From positions 930,001 through 994,000 of the forward strand of contig MU062295.1 in the NCBI GenBank assembly GCA_013265495.1: a DNA stretch of 64,000 nt, given 5' to 3'. The notes under the pieces were generated by a model. That model saw nothing but the letters and a program-made list of their open reading frames with translations. It made no database searches and was not told the DNA's origin. Position numbers and translations under genes: made by a program. Below are positions 1-13,080 of the stretch, one piece after another (position 1 is the stretch's first letter; each line of letters starts with the position of its first letter). This DNA comes from Vicugna vicugna (taxonomy: Eukaryota).

Positions 1-1483
1 AGGTACATTCACAGCTAAGGCAATTGTGAATCAAAGGAACTCCTGCTTTTGTTAAAACGTAAGTTTCTATATTGCTAAGTGGTTTTTCAAGATGCTCTCA
101 TCTGCTGCGCATTTTTTTTTTTAACTTTGCAGGCTGGTGGAAGCTTAACCTTTCTCCCATGCCTCCCTATTTATCTAAATGCAGTGCTGATATGATCAGG
201 CATTTTTCACCAATTTGGGGTATAAAAGAAGGTCGCTTTCACCTAGGAGGAGCTCTTTTTATTTTTCGTATCCTCATATTTAGCCTGTCAGCCATTGACG
301 GAACTGATGCAAATCCAGGTTCAGAATAATAATATTAGTGTCTGCTGATGCTAATATTTAAAGAATTAGAATTAAAAAGAGCCTTCAAACTGTGGTTTGC
401 ATAATTTAATATGTAAGTCAGAAGTTTTGTCAGCATTTTATGGTGCTTGTTATGAAAATTTACTGAGAGAAAACTCACTTATTTTAGATTTCCTGTTGAT
501 TTGTTGAATTGTTTGACTTGACCTCTGTTGCTCTATGTATTGTTTTAAACTCTATATTCACCTCCCCCTTAGCTGTAGTTGCCTCACTTTGCCAGTGCAG
601 TAACAGTATGACATTAATTTCTTCACCTAAATTGATAAATGAAACAGTATGAAGACTTACATTTTATTACTGCCCTCTGGTATCCGTTGCTGGTAACCTG
701 GGCTCTGTAATTGGTCGCAATTTCTTTATTGAAAGTTGACATTCGTATTTATTTTATAGCTTGGTACTGTCCTGAGGTTTATAAAAATGAAATGTCATCG
801 TAATGGACGATCTGAGCACTGAGGTGCGTATTTTCATCCTACTGACAGGCATCTGCTGGCCTGTGCATTATAAGCTAATGTTCTTCAAGGTGTTTTGATG
901 GCCTTCCATTTGTATAGCACTGTTCACCTATGAGGAAAACAGTAGGGGTATCAGAGCGCTTTCCCCAGGAGCCTGTGTGAGACTCATCAGTACCAGATGA
1001 GGACGGTAACCTTCATGTCCTCACGCTCTTTCAGTTGTATCACACTGTAGGAGGCAAGCACTGCAATCTTGCAAATAATGGCCCCTACAGCCAGGACCAT
1101 ACCGGCCAGCCTTTATAGAAATAATTAAAAACATATAATGAAATTCGCAAGTGTTTCAAGGGAATGCAGTGCTACCTACTTGCAGAGAAAATAACGAGCA
1201 GTAGGATAAAGGTAGGCTTTGTGGAGGAATATAAGATGACCCTTGATGAACGGGTCAGGGTTTGAATATGAGAGCAATGAAGGAGGCATATCAAACAGGA
1301 AGGAGCAGGGGCACAGATGTAAGAGTTGTTATAGCTTCTACAAAGGACAGTGATCAGCTTCAGTTAGTACTGCTGATCCATGTTTGGAAGTACTGAAAAG
1401 TGAAATAAAGTATGATTGTGGAGAACCTTGAAAAGTAAGATTTCAGAGTAACAGTTAAGAAGGAGCATATATACAAAACCTAG

Positions 1484-1695
1484 TATTGGGGGGAGGTGGA
1501 TGGGAAGGGACAGACTGGGAGTTCAAGATTATACTGTATAGCAAAGGGAAATATATTCAAGTTCTTGTGGTAGCTCATGGGGAAAAAGAATATGAAAATG
1601 AATATATGTATATTCATGTATGACTGAAAAATTGTGTGGTACGCCAGAAACTGACACAGCATTGTAAATCGACTATAACTCAATTTAAAAAACAA
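1484..1695 (+). mobile_element. 5'-truncated L1 3'-end fragment with 9-bp TSD
   Basis: G-rich tract, L1 3'UTR tail (ctataactcaattt-A-run); TSD aaaacctag at 1475-1483 and 1696-1704. Confidence 0.8.
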
Positions 1696-1967
1696 AAAAC
1701 CTAGCATGATCTATTCAGCAAGATATATTCAGAAACAACGTGCAGATCTTAAATTGGGGGGTGGGGGCGGTGGCGGGGGAAGCAGAGCAATTCAGTACTG
1801 TTACACATAAGAACAGTTGACCGAGAAGCGTGAGACCTCTTTGATGGCCAAATGCCAGCAAATGTGAATGAACTGGTAATGATCAGGGTGGCGTCTACCA
1901 CACATAAACAAGTTTGTTAAGTAGCGGTGGGCGGAAAAAGTAGTAGCATAGAGTGGTCATATATATG

Positions 1968-2165
1968 CACTTGGGAGTTAAAAACTGGGTTCCAAGCCCA
2001 GCACTTCGGTTTACCAGTTATAAGACTTTAGATTACCTAATCTTTGTGATTGACTTCCTTCACTTGTAAAAAGGGGATAATGATAGTACCTACCTTTAGG
2101 GTGGCTGTGGGAATGAAATGTTATTTTCTATTGCACAGTAAGCCCTCATTAAATGGTAGTTAGTA
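1968..2165 (+). mobile_element. MIR SINE
   Basis: Core tgtaaaaaggggataatgatagtacctacc and ctgggttccaagccc head. Confidence 0.65.
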
Positions 2166-2979
2166 TTCATTGCTTCTTGGGGTGACAGTAAGGATTACAT
2201 GAGATAACGTATAGCAGCTGGCACATTATTGAATGAGTATTGAATGTTAGCTGCAATGTCACTGTTACCTGTACGTATGGACTGGAGATAGGTTTTGAAG
2301 ATAGGTTCAGTAGGGTAGCCGTGGGCCTGTTAGCATCCTGATGCACGCAAAGCAAGTCTGATGTTTAGCCAAAATTCTTTGACTTCTGTATATTGGAGTC
2401 AGTTGAGTGACTAGAAATCAAGCTCGGTTAGCTGACTTAACTCCAGCCCCACACAGTCCCAGCTTCAGCATATTACCACAGTATGGCAGCCAGCTTTCCA
2501 AACACCGTCAAAAACTGGGCAACAGACAGATTCCGGGAATAAGAAGGAAGTAAGACACAAGGACTGAGCACTGCTGGTGGAAGGCCTCTCCCTACTCCCT
2601 CTGTACACCCGCGTGGGCAGGAGTCCGAGCCGGAGAGGCCCGGCAGCCTGCCTTCTCTTCTGAGAAGGAAAATTTGGCCATGGATATCCTTTGAGCTGGA
2701 TAGGCCTGCTCCTCCCTTCAGCTCCTCTGCTCAGAGATAACCATCTTGGTTTTTCTCTCTGCATTTCTATTCAGCTCACTCCGGAAGGAATCCTTAGGGT
2801 CTGAAATTGCTGTGAGCAAGCAGTCTGTAATACTGTTTCCTAGACTTGAGAAAGCTTTTGTCCAAGGGCTCCCTGACCCTTACCCCAGCTGCCACTCCAT
2901 GCCAGTTGGAAGGGGCTTTCCCTGGTATACTTGGTTTGTAAATAGGCCCTGTTAGAGTTAAAGAAATCTCTGTCACTCA

Positions 2980-3180
2980 ATCAGAAATATATTTTACATC
3001 ATAGCCCAGTACACAAACACACACACATATACATAGTGTCATGAAACTATACTTACCCTTTCTACAAGCAGTGCTCTCTGCTATTTCTATTCTGTCCTTA
3101 AAAAAAAAAAAGGGTGGTTATGACCCACTAAAATGTTAAAGTACATTAATGGCTTGGAATTTAAGTTTGAAACCAGTGCT
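2980..3180. mobile_element. Old hAT-Charlie-type MITE fragment
   Basis: gacccactaaa...tttgaaa..cagtg end with internal (CA)n; a related copy in opposite orientation at ~62345-62585. Confidence 0.45.
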
Positions 3181-3595
3181 TTATATCTCCCACAGTGTTT
3201 TGAAGAGGTTATACTATTCTAGAAATGTCTGAAAGGAGGGATAAATCTTTGCACTGGGAGGACTTAACCATGGTGTTGGCTGCATAAAGGGGTGATGAGG
3301 AAGAAGATAGACATCCAAGATTAAACAATACCAGGAAACTCAAGAACAAGGCTACTTGGAGTTTCTCTCCTCCTCAGAACTGGGGCTTCAAATGAACAAA
3401 AACAATTTCTTGACAGTAGATTTAACACCCACCTGTCCCTCAGCTGAGAAAAATACTAAGCATGGATTTGCAATTCTTACTCCCACCTTAAAACCTACCT
3501 ACCCATCAAGGCCCCTGCTCAGATGCCACTCTCCTCATCAAGGCTTGCCTGACTCATCCTTGCAGTGGGTGACATGTGGTAGAGAAGGAGCGTAA

Positions 3596-3770
3596 GCTTT
3601 GGAATCAGGTAGAACTGGATTCACATCTCCACCCTTCCTATATGACACTGGGCAATCACTCAAGCTCAACTTGTATATCAGTAAAATGGGGATAATAAAA
3701 ACTTCCCTTAGAGAGTTTTCCTGAAAAGATCAAAGAAGATAACATCCTTGAAGGCTCTTTATTGCTTGCC
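3596..3770 (+). mobile_element. MIR SINE
   Basis: cagtaaaatggggataataa core and ctgggcaatcact motif. Confidence 0.6.
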
Positions 3771-4319
3771 AAATAACACATCTTCCATAGATGTTCCTTT
3801 CCTTCATTCCTCTTGGTAATCACTGTCCCTGCAGAGCATCCAGGCGCTATGTTTCCTTTGAGACATCACTCTCTACTTCATATAGCAGCCGCATACTTAC
3901 TTTATCCACCCTGTAAGACAAGCTCCCAGGGGACAGCGTCCATTGGCCATTCATAGTCTCATAATACCCAGTAGTATAGCAGAAGGCGCTCACAGAATAC
4001 TTGTTGACTTACTGAAGAACGTCATCAAAGGTAATATGACCCTGTCAAAGAAACATTTAAAGTGCTTGCACAGAAATGAACGTGATAACTGGATAAAAGC
4101 TTACAATAAAAAATAACTGATAGGATGGCACTGACCACTAAGATTGTAAACAATCAGTGACAATTTATTACACCAGTATTCATAGTTCATCCAATAAAAT
4201 GAGCAAAGAACACTGACTAGCAGAAGACATTAGCTCATATCTTCAAATATTAAGGAACTCAAGCAGCAGAGCACACCTGAGCTCTTCTTGAGTGAGCTGG
4301 AGAGGAATTTTGCCTCAGG

Positions 4320-4832
4320 ATGAATCCTGTCTGGTTTCACTCATAGATGATTTAGATGATTTTTAGAATGAGATTTGGACTTTAGACTTCAGAGTTGATA
4401 CTGAAATGAATTAAGACTTTTCGAGTTGTTAGGATGGAATGGGTGTATTTCACATGGGATAAGGATATGAATTTTGATGGGCCAGTGACAGCGTGTGAAG
4501 GACTGAATATTTACATCCTTCTAAAATTCATACATTGAAGTACTGACCCCCAATGTGGTGGCATTTGGAGGTGGGGCCTTCAGAAGGTAATTAGGATCAA
4601 ATGAGGTCATGAGAGGGGGCCCTTGTGATAGGGTTAGTACCCTTAGAAGAGATCCCAGAGAACTTGCTCTCTCTTCCTCCACATGCACNNNNNNNNNNNN
4701 NNNNNNNNNNNNNNNNNNNNNNNNNNNNNNNNNNNNNNNNNNNNNNNNNNNNNNNNNNNNNNNNNNNNNNNNNNNNNNNNNNNNNNNNNNNNNNNNNNNN
4801 NNNNNNNNNNNNNNNNNNNNNNNNNNNNNNNN
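4320..4832 (+). mobile_element. MaLR: MLT1 internal 3' end plus MLT1 LTR starting at 4494 (3' part lost in Ns)
   Basis: ggatggaatgggtgtattt...ggatatgaatttt internal end; LTR tgtgaaggactgaat...aaattcatacattgaag...ggtggggcctt...aattagg. Confidence 0.7.
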
Positions 4833-5638
4833 TAACCAGTACCTCTAGGAATGACCTGATTTTCCTGAGTGACGAAGAAAATCCTTGAGAGCGCCATGAA
4901 TCTGAAGGCTACTCAGCAGAGAAAAGATGAGGACTTGTGTGCCCTGAACTTCTCATGGAGGGGCTCTTCTGTCCTCTCCCTTCATCAGGAATAAAGACTC
5001 TAATTAGTCAGGGCAGAGTCAGAGCTTTCTAATTTGAGGGGAGGAAGGGAAAGGGTCAGTCTTCACCCTGCTTCACCTAGCCTATTTATTGTGAATATTT
5101 GGTTATCTCTTGCAGTGAAAGACAATAAAAATGATGGCCTGGTCCCCCTGCGTTCTTGCCTAGGGCACCAGAGAAATTCCGAACGAGTCCTGTCTGCCCA
5201 ATGTCCACTGCTAGATGTTTCTTTGGCCCCTTCTTGTTGCCCCAGGAGGCAACTGAGCTGCTTCCTTGGAACCCGTCAGGACTTGTCTTCTTTAGTCATC
5301 TCCCAGGTGCTAAACCACACCATCCACATCCACCCACTTCCCAATATATTAATGCGTGGACTCTGGAATTTTAACACTGCCATTTATTTCCTGAGCGGCT
5401 TTAGGCAACTCACTCAAGCCTTCCTTGTCTCGGTTTCCATATTCTGCAAAATGGGACAGTTGTTTCCACCTTTTTGTGTTGTTTTGGAGATTAATAACTT
5501 TAAATAGATTAGCATCCCATCTAATGCCGTGCCCAACAAGTGATAAACACGCAATGATTGTCAGCCATGGCCACTTTCATCTTTATCATCACCTTTGCCA
5601 GGTAGATACAAATCCTAGACCCAAAGCTGTTTAGGTGA

Positions 5639-5657
5639 TGTCCACTAGGTGGCACTA
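5639..5657 (+). promoter_or_regulatory. CTCF-type motif TGTCCACTAGGTGGCACTA
   Basis: Matches the core consensus CCASYAGRKGGCRS at every position, with typical flanks. Confidence 0.6.
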
Positions 5658-7714
5658 GCCACAGGTAAACAAAATCTACATATATACCATATTTCATCAA
5701 ATGTTTGAAAGTTCTATGAAGAGACAGAAAACTGTAATAGTAATAAGGCAGTGTGCATATATAGGGATAAATATATTGTGGCCCCAAAACTAAGCATTTG
5801 CTCCATGATAATTACCTAAAGCAGTTGTTTGAAAACAGCTACTAGTCAAACATGTTCTGGTTTGATTCCCAGACCCCAGGAGATTCTGATGCAGGAAGAT
5901 CAGCAGAGAAACAAAAACACTCCCTTTAGGTATCACGGAGTGCCAGAGTATTGTTCAGTCAGGTCCAGCTTTTGTTAGGCTGAGTAGGGTGTGATTTGGA
6001 GAAAGACCTTGCTGCAGGCCTGAGATTTTTGCGTGCTGAGGGAGGAAACTTTTGCAGGCAACCAACCCCTGACAGAGACAGAAACTTGGTTGGAAGTGCA
6101 GAAGAGTTCAGACAGAGCTTTTTGCAAGTTTTTCTATGTGATAAAGAGTATCACCAGTGCTTTTGCGAGTAGATGTGCTTTTCTGACATCTGTGAAAATG
6201 ATCTCAAGGTAGAGCAAGAACAAAATGGGCTGGACATTTGAGTTACAACACTTTCTTACTTTTCTTTCTTGTTATTCCTTTCTGTTATCCCTAAGCCTTC
6301 AAATGAAGTCTTGTTTAAAATATCTTAGTTATATTGTAGGGAGTTAAGGAAGAGATTTGTGTCCACCTTTGGGCTGAATTATTATACCCATTGGAACTGA
6401 GTTACATAAGTGAGGTGATAAAGGCTGAAACGCGAAAGCACTCAATGGGAATCCTCATTGATATTTAAAGAAATCAGATAAAAGCCTGGAATCCCTGTAG
6501 TTTCCTAGGATGGAAGGTTTTGTTGTTTGGGTATCCAAGAGCAGGGCAATCCTAGAAGACTGGCCATGGTCATACCCTAAACCAGCTGAAGGTCTGGGGG
6601 CTGCAGGCATGTCCAGAACAGGGGGAAGGTGATAGACGAAGCACACCTGGTGTAGTGACGAGAAATGCAGACAAACGGGACAGAATTATATTGGTTAAGG
6701 GAAGAGACTGACAAGAGCAGTCTGGGGAGTTGTTTCTGAGCTTTCTGTTTAGAAAGAAAATAGAGCCAGTGGCAGACCCACTTCTTCAGCTTCCTGACCC
6801 CCTACCTCCAACTCGTCTTACCTCCTTTCTACCCTAGAGGAAAGGGAATTCTTTGTCCTTATATATGCTAGATCTCTTCTGTCCAGACTCCATCAGTTAT
6901 CAGTTCCAATTCTTTCATTGCTGGCTCTAGTCTCTAGACATATTTTTTAAAAGATCAAGTCCCTACCTTTTGAAACAAAACAAAACTCTCTCTTCATTTA
7001 GCATCCTGTAGTTACTGTCCTGTTCTTTCTTCCCTTTGCAGCCACGCTTCTAGAAAGAGCAGTCTCCCTGGCTCCACTCCCTCTCTTCCCTTTCTATTCC
7101 CCACCCTGCAATCCAGCCATTTTGCCCACACCCACCTGCAAATGCCCCCACGGAGGTGAGCAGGGAAATTCTTCCTGTCAAAGTCATTGGGTGGTTATCA
7201 GCAGGAACTCTAAGCCGGCTGCAACGTTTGCAGCTGTTAACATTTATCCAGTAATTACTGAGCTCCTGCTGTGTGTTTGACACTGTTCTAAGCACAGTGG
7301 TGTCTCAAGGGTGCAGTCAGGTCCTGCTGCCATCAGAGTGTCCTGGCCGGGGCCTGGGCTGGGGTGTGGGGAGCCCTGCAGCTTGGATTGGCGGGGCAGC
7401 AGGCTCTTGTGAAAGCGCCAGCCTTTGACTGCCTTCTCCGCCTGCATGACGGTGTGAATTCCAGACTGCCTGCGCAAATGTTATTTTCATCATATTGTTA
7501 ACCACTCTTTTATCAATGTAGTATCTTAAAATTGCTGAAAATGTGTTATTTTAGGAGGAAATGACCACTCCCCCAACAAAGCCTGCCTTCTGTCCTCTCG
7601 TAGCTTGATCTCTGGTGGGGTGAAACTCACAGTACCCATGTAAACATTTAATTTCAGAGAACTGTAAATACTGTGAAGGAAATAGAGCAGGACAACATGA
7701 CATAAAGCACTTAA

Positions 7715-8045
7715 TAAGCTCTGAAGGCTCATACTCCCTCCAAATTCGTAAGTTGAAATCCTTACCCCAAGGTGATGATTAGGAGATGGGGCCTTTGGAA
7801 AGCGATTAGGTCTTAAGGTGAAGCCCTCATGAGTAGGATCAGTGCCCTAATAAAAGAGGCCCCACAGGGATGCCTTGCCCATTCCTGCCATGTAACGACA
7901 CAGTGAGAAGGCACCTGTCGTGGCCCAGGAAGTGGGCCCTCCCCAGACGCTGATCAGCCTCCAGAACTATGAGAAAGATATGTTTGTTGTTTGTAAGTCA
8001 CCAAGTTGATGGCTTTTTTGTGATAGCCACCCAAACAAACAGACC
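7715..8045 (+). mobile_element. MLT1 (MaLR) solo LTR
   Basis: ccaaattcgtaagttgaaatcctt...ggggcctttgg...cagcctccagaactatgaga...tgttgtttgtaagtcacc. Confidence 0.75.
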
Positions 8046-8069
8046 GGCAGCTGTGGCACTGGGAGAACT

Positions 8070-8430
8070 GGGTTGGAGTATGGTCAAAGAAGGCCTCTTT
8101 GAGAAGATGACATTTAAGCTGACACTTAAAAAATGAAAAGGTTTGGAAAAACCTGGGGGAAAGCCTGCCAGGCAGAGGGAAGAGTAAATGGAAAGGCACC
8201 GAAGAACTTGGACTGTTGGGGAACTGGGAGGAGAGCCGTGTGCCTGGAGCTTCAGGACATGACAGTGGATAGAAAGAAGCCTGGACGAGGTGGGCCTTGT
8301 TTATCAGATGGGGGATGCTGTTGGCAGGTAGAGAGACCCCAGATGGGAAAGCCCATCAAAGTGTGGGCAAGCCCTCGCAAACTTGTGGGTCCTTGCCTGC
8401 CGTTGAGAAAGAATTCTCACTAGAGGCAGA
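8070..8430 (-). mobile_element. L2 LINE fragment
   Basis: ggtcaaagaaggcctctttgagaagatgacatttaagctga is the reverse complement of an L2 3' motif. Confidence 0.6.
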
Positions 8431-10039
8431 GGGACAACATCGGGGGATGGGAATAAAGACCTGCTTTATTGATCAGAGAGAGAAGGTGGGGGAAGGCAAA
8501 AAAAAAAAAAAAAAAGCACTTGAGCAGGGAGCCGTCAGCGAGGGAGCTGGATGAGACAGCTCCAGCCCCCATCCGGCCACGGGGTCTTTTATTGGGTGGC
8601 TCTGCCATCGTGACCATCACTCAGGTGGTGCCAATCATTTTGTTACTGGCTCTTTCCTGCCATGGAGCTCAGCCCAAAAACTTTGGCAGATGGAAGAGAG
8701 CAAAGAAAGAGATACCAGGGTATGTCCTTGGGATCAGTGCAGCAGTTGTGGCGTGTTGTATGGTTACATCCTTGGAATCAAGGTGCCAGCTCTGGGAAGA
8801 GAGGAACAACTTGTTTTTTAACAGCCTGGTGTTTTCTTTCCCTTGTTAATCAGCCAGGATCAGTAAGCCTGCCTGCTCACCTCGCACAGTCACTGGAGCA
8901 GGTGTAAGTGCTAATAGATAAGATTCAGGAGAGAGAGGAACTGAGGTGCAGAAGAGGGTGGGACTCCACTACACACGTGGAGGAGTTTGCTTTGATAAGA
9001 GCAGAAACGCACATACCTTTTAAAGCTTTTCCCCCTTTTCTCAGTGTCACTCCTGATTCTCTGCCTTCCTCTCTGATTCTTCTCAGTCTCCCCTTTCATT
9101 TCTTCGTTAGCAGGGTTCTGTCCAACTATCCTCTTTACATCTTCCTTAGACAGTCTTTCGCCCAAGCACATCAGCCTGGACCACTCGCATGGACTTCATA
9201 CTCTCATATCCAACTATAGTTCTTAATCTCCCAAATTATATCTCCAGCCCAGACCTGTCCTCTGACCTGATTTAGCTGTTTATTTGACCCGTCTGCTTGG
9301 ATAGAGGCATCTTGAATTTAATGTGTCCAAAATTGGGATTCTTGAGTCTTCTCCACACACAAAACGCAGCACTGAATAGGGCGTGGCAGACGTGGAGGGT
9401 GGTGGGTGCTCACCGATGGCCCAGGTTCCACCTCTCCTTGTAACCTCCACCCTCATTCTCTGCTACAGACTCAAAGTGTTTTCATTCTTACGTGTCGTAA
9501 GCATTGCTAGAGCGCACCAGTACTGTGAACTCTCCTTCCTTTCCTAGACATCATATTTATTTATATAAGAGGATTATATTTATCCACGTCCTTGGAGGTA
9601 GACTTGGCTGTAGCTCTTACCTTGGCCACTGATATGTAAGTGAAAATTATACGTATTGCTTCTGGGTGGACATATTTAAGATTAGGTGCACAATTCTCCT
9701 TGTTGTCTTTTTTTCCCTTCTTTATTACAAGGTTTTATCATTTATCGAGACATAGATGCCTAAAATCAAAGCAGCCTGGAATGCTGAGCCATTACATGGG
9801 AAAAAATTGCCCAGGGAGTCACTTGAACATGCAGCAAATGTTGAGCAAAAAGGGAAAAACAAACAAAAAAAGACCTTTGTTGTGTAAGTCACTGAGGTTT
9901 TTGCTCTTTTTTTAGTTCTCAGGTGTGTCCATGTGCGTGTATCTTAGGTTACCACATATAATTCAACATGCCCTGGCTGACAGAAATGCTCTGCAAAGTC
10001 AGTATTTAAAACAGATCTCTTCTAGCCTCTACTTCCAAC

Positions 10040-10930
10040 TAGATAGCCACCCCCCAAGCCTCTTCTAACTAGAAACTGGAGCTGCCAGTGTCCCCAATCT
10101 GATCCTCTTCAGCTCTCTCCAGTTTCAGTTATCATCTACTTAGTTGCTTAATCCTAGATCCAAAAACAGAAATCATCTTCATTCCTCCCTCGTCCCTCAC
10201 TCCCACAGTCTGATCAACAGGTTTTTGTCAGTATGTCTCCGATTTGTCCTGGACGTCTGCAATAGCTTTCTTCCTGTTCCTGCGTCCAGTCTTAAAATAC
10301 CTACAATACCCTCGAAATCAGATGTGAATAAAGGATCTCCAGGAGGCCTTCTTCCTCCCGCCCTTGCCCCCAGCCACCTCCCAGCTCCTCTTCCTGTAGG
10401 CAACCGACATGACCAGAGCCTGTATGATTCCTTGAGATGCTCTCTGCATGTGAAAACAAACAAGTCTGTACATCTCCCAGAGTAATCTTCCAAAAACACA
10501 AAACTGGCCGTATCTCCCCTAGTTTAAGGCCTTTCAGTGCCTTCCGGTTACAAAGCCTTGAGTATTTAGGACCCTGCGTTGGCAGCCTCCTCAGTCCTGC
10601 TGATCTTTCAGTCCCAAATGACTGCTTCTCAGCTGAGATTGTTCCTGCCTCAGGGCTCTTCCCTCTACCGTCCCCAGCTTGGACAGTTTCCCCCCAGGTC
10701 TGTGTCATTCTCCAAGAGGCAAGGCCCTCTGTTTGTCGCCTTCAAGCCCCCACCACAAGCAGTCAGTGTATCTTTATTGGGATGTTTACCTGCTGATCAA
10801 CCATCTCCCACATTAGACTCTGTCTCCTGAGAATAGAGATGGTCCCTTATTTTGTTTACCACTTACTGTAGCCCCAGCCTCTAGTTCCCTGCCTGTCACT
10901 GAAGAGGCACTTCAGTAAAGAACTGATGGA
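10040..10930 (+). mobile_element. L2 LINE fragment
   Basis: C/T-rich L2 3' region (ccagagtaatcttccaaaaacac..., gggctcttccctct..., L2 terminus near 10900). Confidence 0.6.
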
Positions 10931-12134
10931 GAAGCATGTGCCCTGATTAAAAAAGAAAAAGAAAAAAAGAAAAAAAGAAAAAAAGACAGGTGAAACTAAA
11001 AAAAGAAATTGGCCCCAGCTATTTAAGCAGGCAAATCTGGCCTCTGTGTTGTTTCTACCCCCGAGTATAGATTTTTATCCTGAGCCTTGTCACACTGCGT
11101 GTCTGCTGGCTGCGTCTCTGCCACCCGGTGTGGAGAGCAGAGCGGGCCTCACCCCCAAAGGGTGGAAGCCTTCGGTCCTTTGGGAGGAGGTGACAGCAAG
11201 CACAGAATGCTTGTGTGCCAGACCTTGTATTTTGTCACAGACATTTAATAACTAGTTTAAACAGAAATATTAAGCAATCACTTCATCCTTTGTTTTAGGC
11301 ACCAGAAGTTCCTTTGTTTTTTTAACCAGCAAGTAAAACCAGAAAAGACAGCAGCTCCCGCATAAGAAACAGTATAACGTGTCTGTGACGAAACATTAAT
11401 GCCACAAACTTGAATCAGTATCTGCTTCTGCCTTCAGTGTTTTAACACAGCACATACTTTCCTAATCATAAAAGTAATGTCTCAGATAGATAACAGAATA
11501 CTAGTATTGTCTTAAAGGGATAAACTGGGGAAATAAAAATTACATCCATGGAACAAGGTTTTTATTTCTAAATCACAAAAGCTAATCTTTCATCTGTTTC
11601 CCTGTCCTTGGAAACCAAACAACAAAAGCTGCATTCATCTCTACTTTAATTTCTCCTGAATTTATTTCTAGGTATCCAAGTCAGCTGATTGGATTAGCTA
11701 GGTAATGTAACCCAGCCATTTTGCCTTTATCTCTTACCAGAGTAGAGGATAAAATCCAAGCTCCTTAATGTAACATATAAGGTCTCTCGTAATCTGGCCC
11801 CAGTCTACCTCCCAACCTCGTTTCCCACCACTGCCTTCCCTTACCCATTTTATTGGGAGCTTACCGGAGAAAGGTCGTGGGCACACAAATGTGTTCCGAT
11901 GGTCCAGACCTCTCTTCACCTGAATACTTCTGTGCCAGGGTATAGCAGGATGCCCGTATATGATACAGGCTTGGAGGAATGAGTTAAAGGATCCTGAAAT
12001 CACAAAGTGATGAGCTAGGAAGTGAATTCACCTGAAAGGGGTAGGGTTGCCTGCTCTGATCAACACACAGAGAGCAGAACCCATCCTCAGTGTGTAGCCG
12101 TGTCCCCTAGCTCACAGGTGCCTTGCAGAGAGCT

Positions 12135-12460
12135 TCAGTGAACTAACTGTATCCCTCCCCCAAACTTACATGTTGAAACCATAGTCCCAAAGTGATGGTA
12201 TTTGGAGACGGGGTGTTGGGGAGGTAGTGGAGCCCTCACGATGGGATGAGTGCCTTGCAGGTAGAGAGCTAGCTGGGTGAGGACACCCTCTGAGCGCCCT
12301 CTGTAAACCAGGAAGAGGGCATTTCCCAAGAACCTGCCTATGCTGGCACACTGGTCTCAGACCTTTACCCTTCAGAACTATGAGAAGTAAATAGAAATGT
12401 TTGTTGTTTAAGCTGTTCGACCTATAGTAATTTGTTACAGCAGTCTGAACTGACTAGGAC
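12135..12460 (+). mobile_element. MLT1 (MaLR) solo LTR
   Basis: caaacttacatgttgaaacc...ggtatttggagacgggg...cttcagaactatgaga...tttgttacagcagtctgaactgactaggaca. Confidence 0.75.
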
Positions 12461-12689
12461 AAGAACCCTACGTGGTCTCCATCCTGAAGCGTCTCCACCA
12501 CCTTGTAGCTCTGGTTGGTCAAGGACTTGTATCTTTCTTTTACATTCAGAGGGTGATCTTTAGATCCTCCTCCTGTGCGGCCTACAACTCCTCCATGACT
12601 GGGATAGTAATGAGTAAAACTGGAGAAAATTGCAGACAAAGTCTAAATTGGCATATTAGGCAAGTCAGCCTATCCTAGCCGCAGGAAGT

Positions 12690-13080
12690 GTAGTATCAGA
12701 GGTGCTTCTGCAACTCAGAATGTCCTTGTCGGTCACAGGGAGTCTGGGAGTGGTGCGACGTGGTAAGGTGTATCTGCACGAGGCGGGCTTTTTTAAAAGG
12801 GCCCTCGGGAGGTGTCTTGTGCTGATGGCACAGCTGTGCATCTTGATCGTGGTGGTGTTTACATAAAGCTATACTTGGGATAAATTGCATAGAGCTTCGC
12901 GCATGCATGGTGACTTGTGAATAAGCCCTATGGTGTATACCAATGCCAGTTTCCAGGGTTTTATACTATACTGTAGTTATGCACGATGTTAACACTGGGG
13001 GAGGCTGGGTGAAGGGTGCATGGGAGCCGTGCCATACAGATTCCTGTGAATCCATAATCATTTCAAAGTAAAAGTGGTTT
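12690..13080 (+). mobile_element. Old L1M (L1MC/MD-like) 3' end
   Basis: gatgttaacactgggggaggctgggtgaagggt...tgaatccataatcatttcaaagtaaaag. Confidence 0.6.

Noticed and set aside
786-825. Box C/D snoRNA-like stretch (atgaaatg...ctga)
   Set aside because: There is no proper RUGAUGA C box and no terminal stem.
1-1100. CBLL1 exons or promoter
   Set aside because: Expected nearby from remembered synteny, but there is no CpG island or recognisable coding sequence in the window.
1756-1779. G-quadruplex candidate
   Set aside because: Only three long G-runs plus GG pairs, isolated in intergenic DNA with no supporting context.
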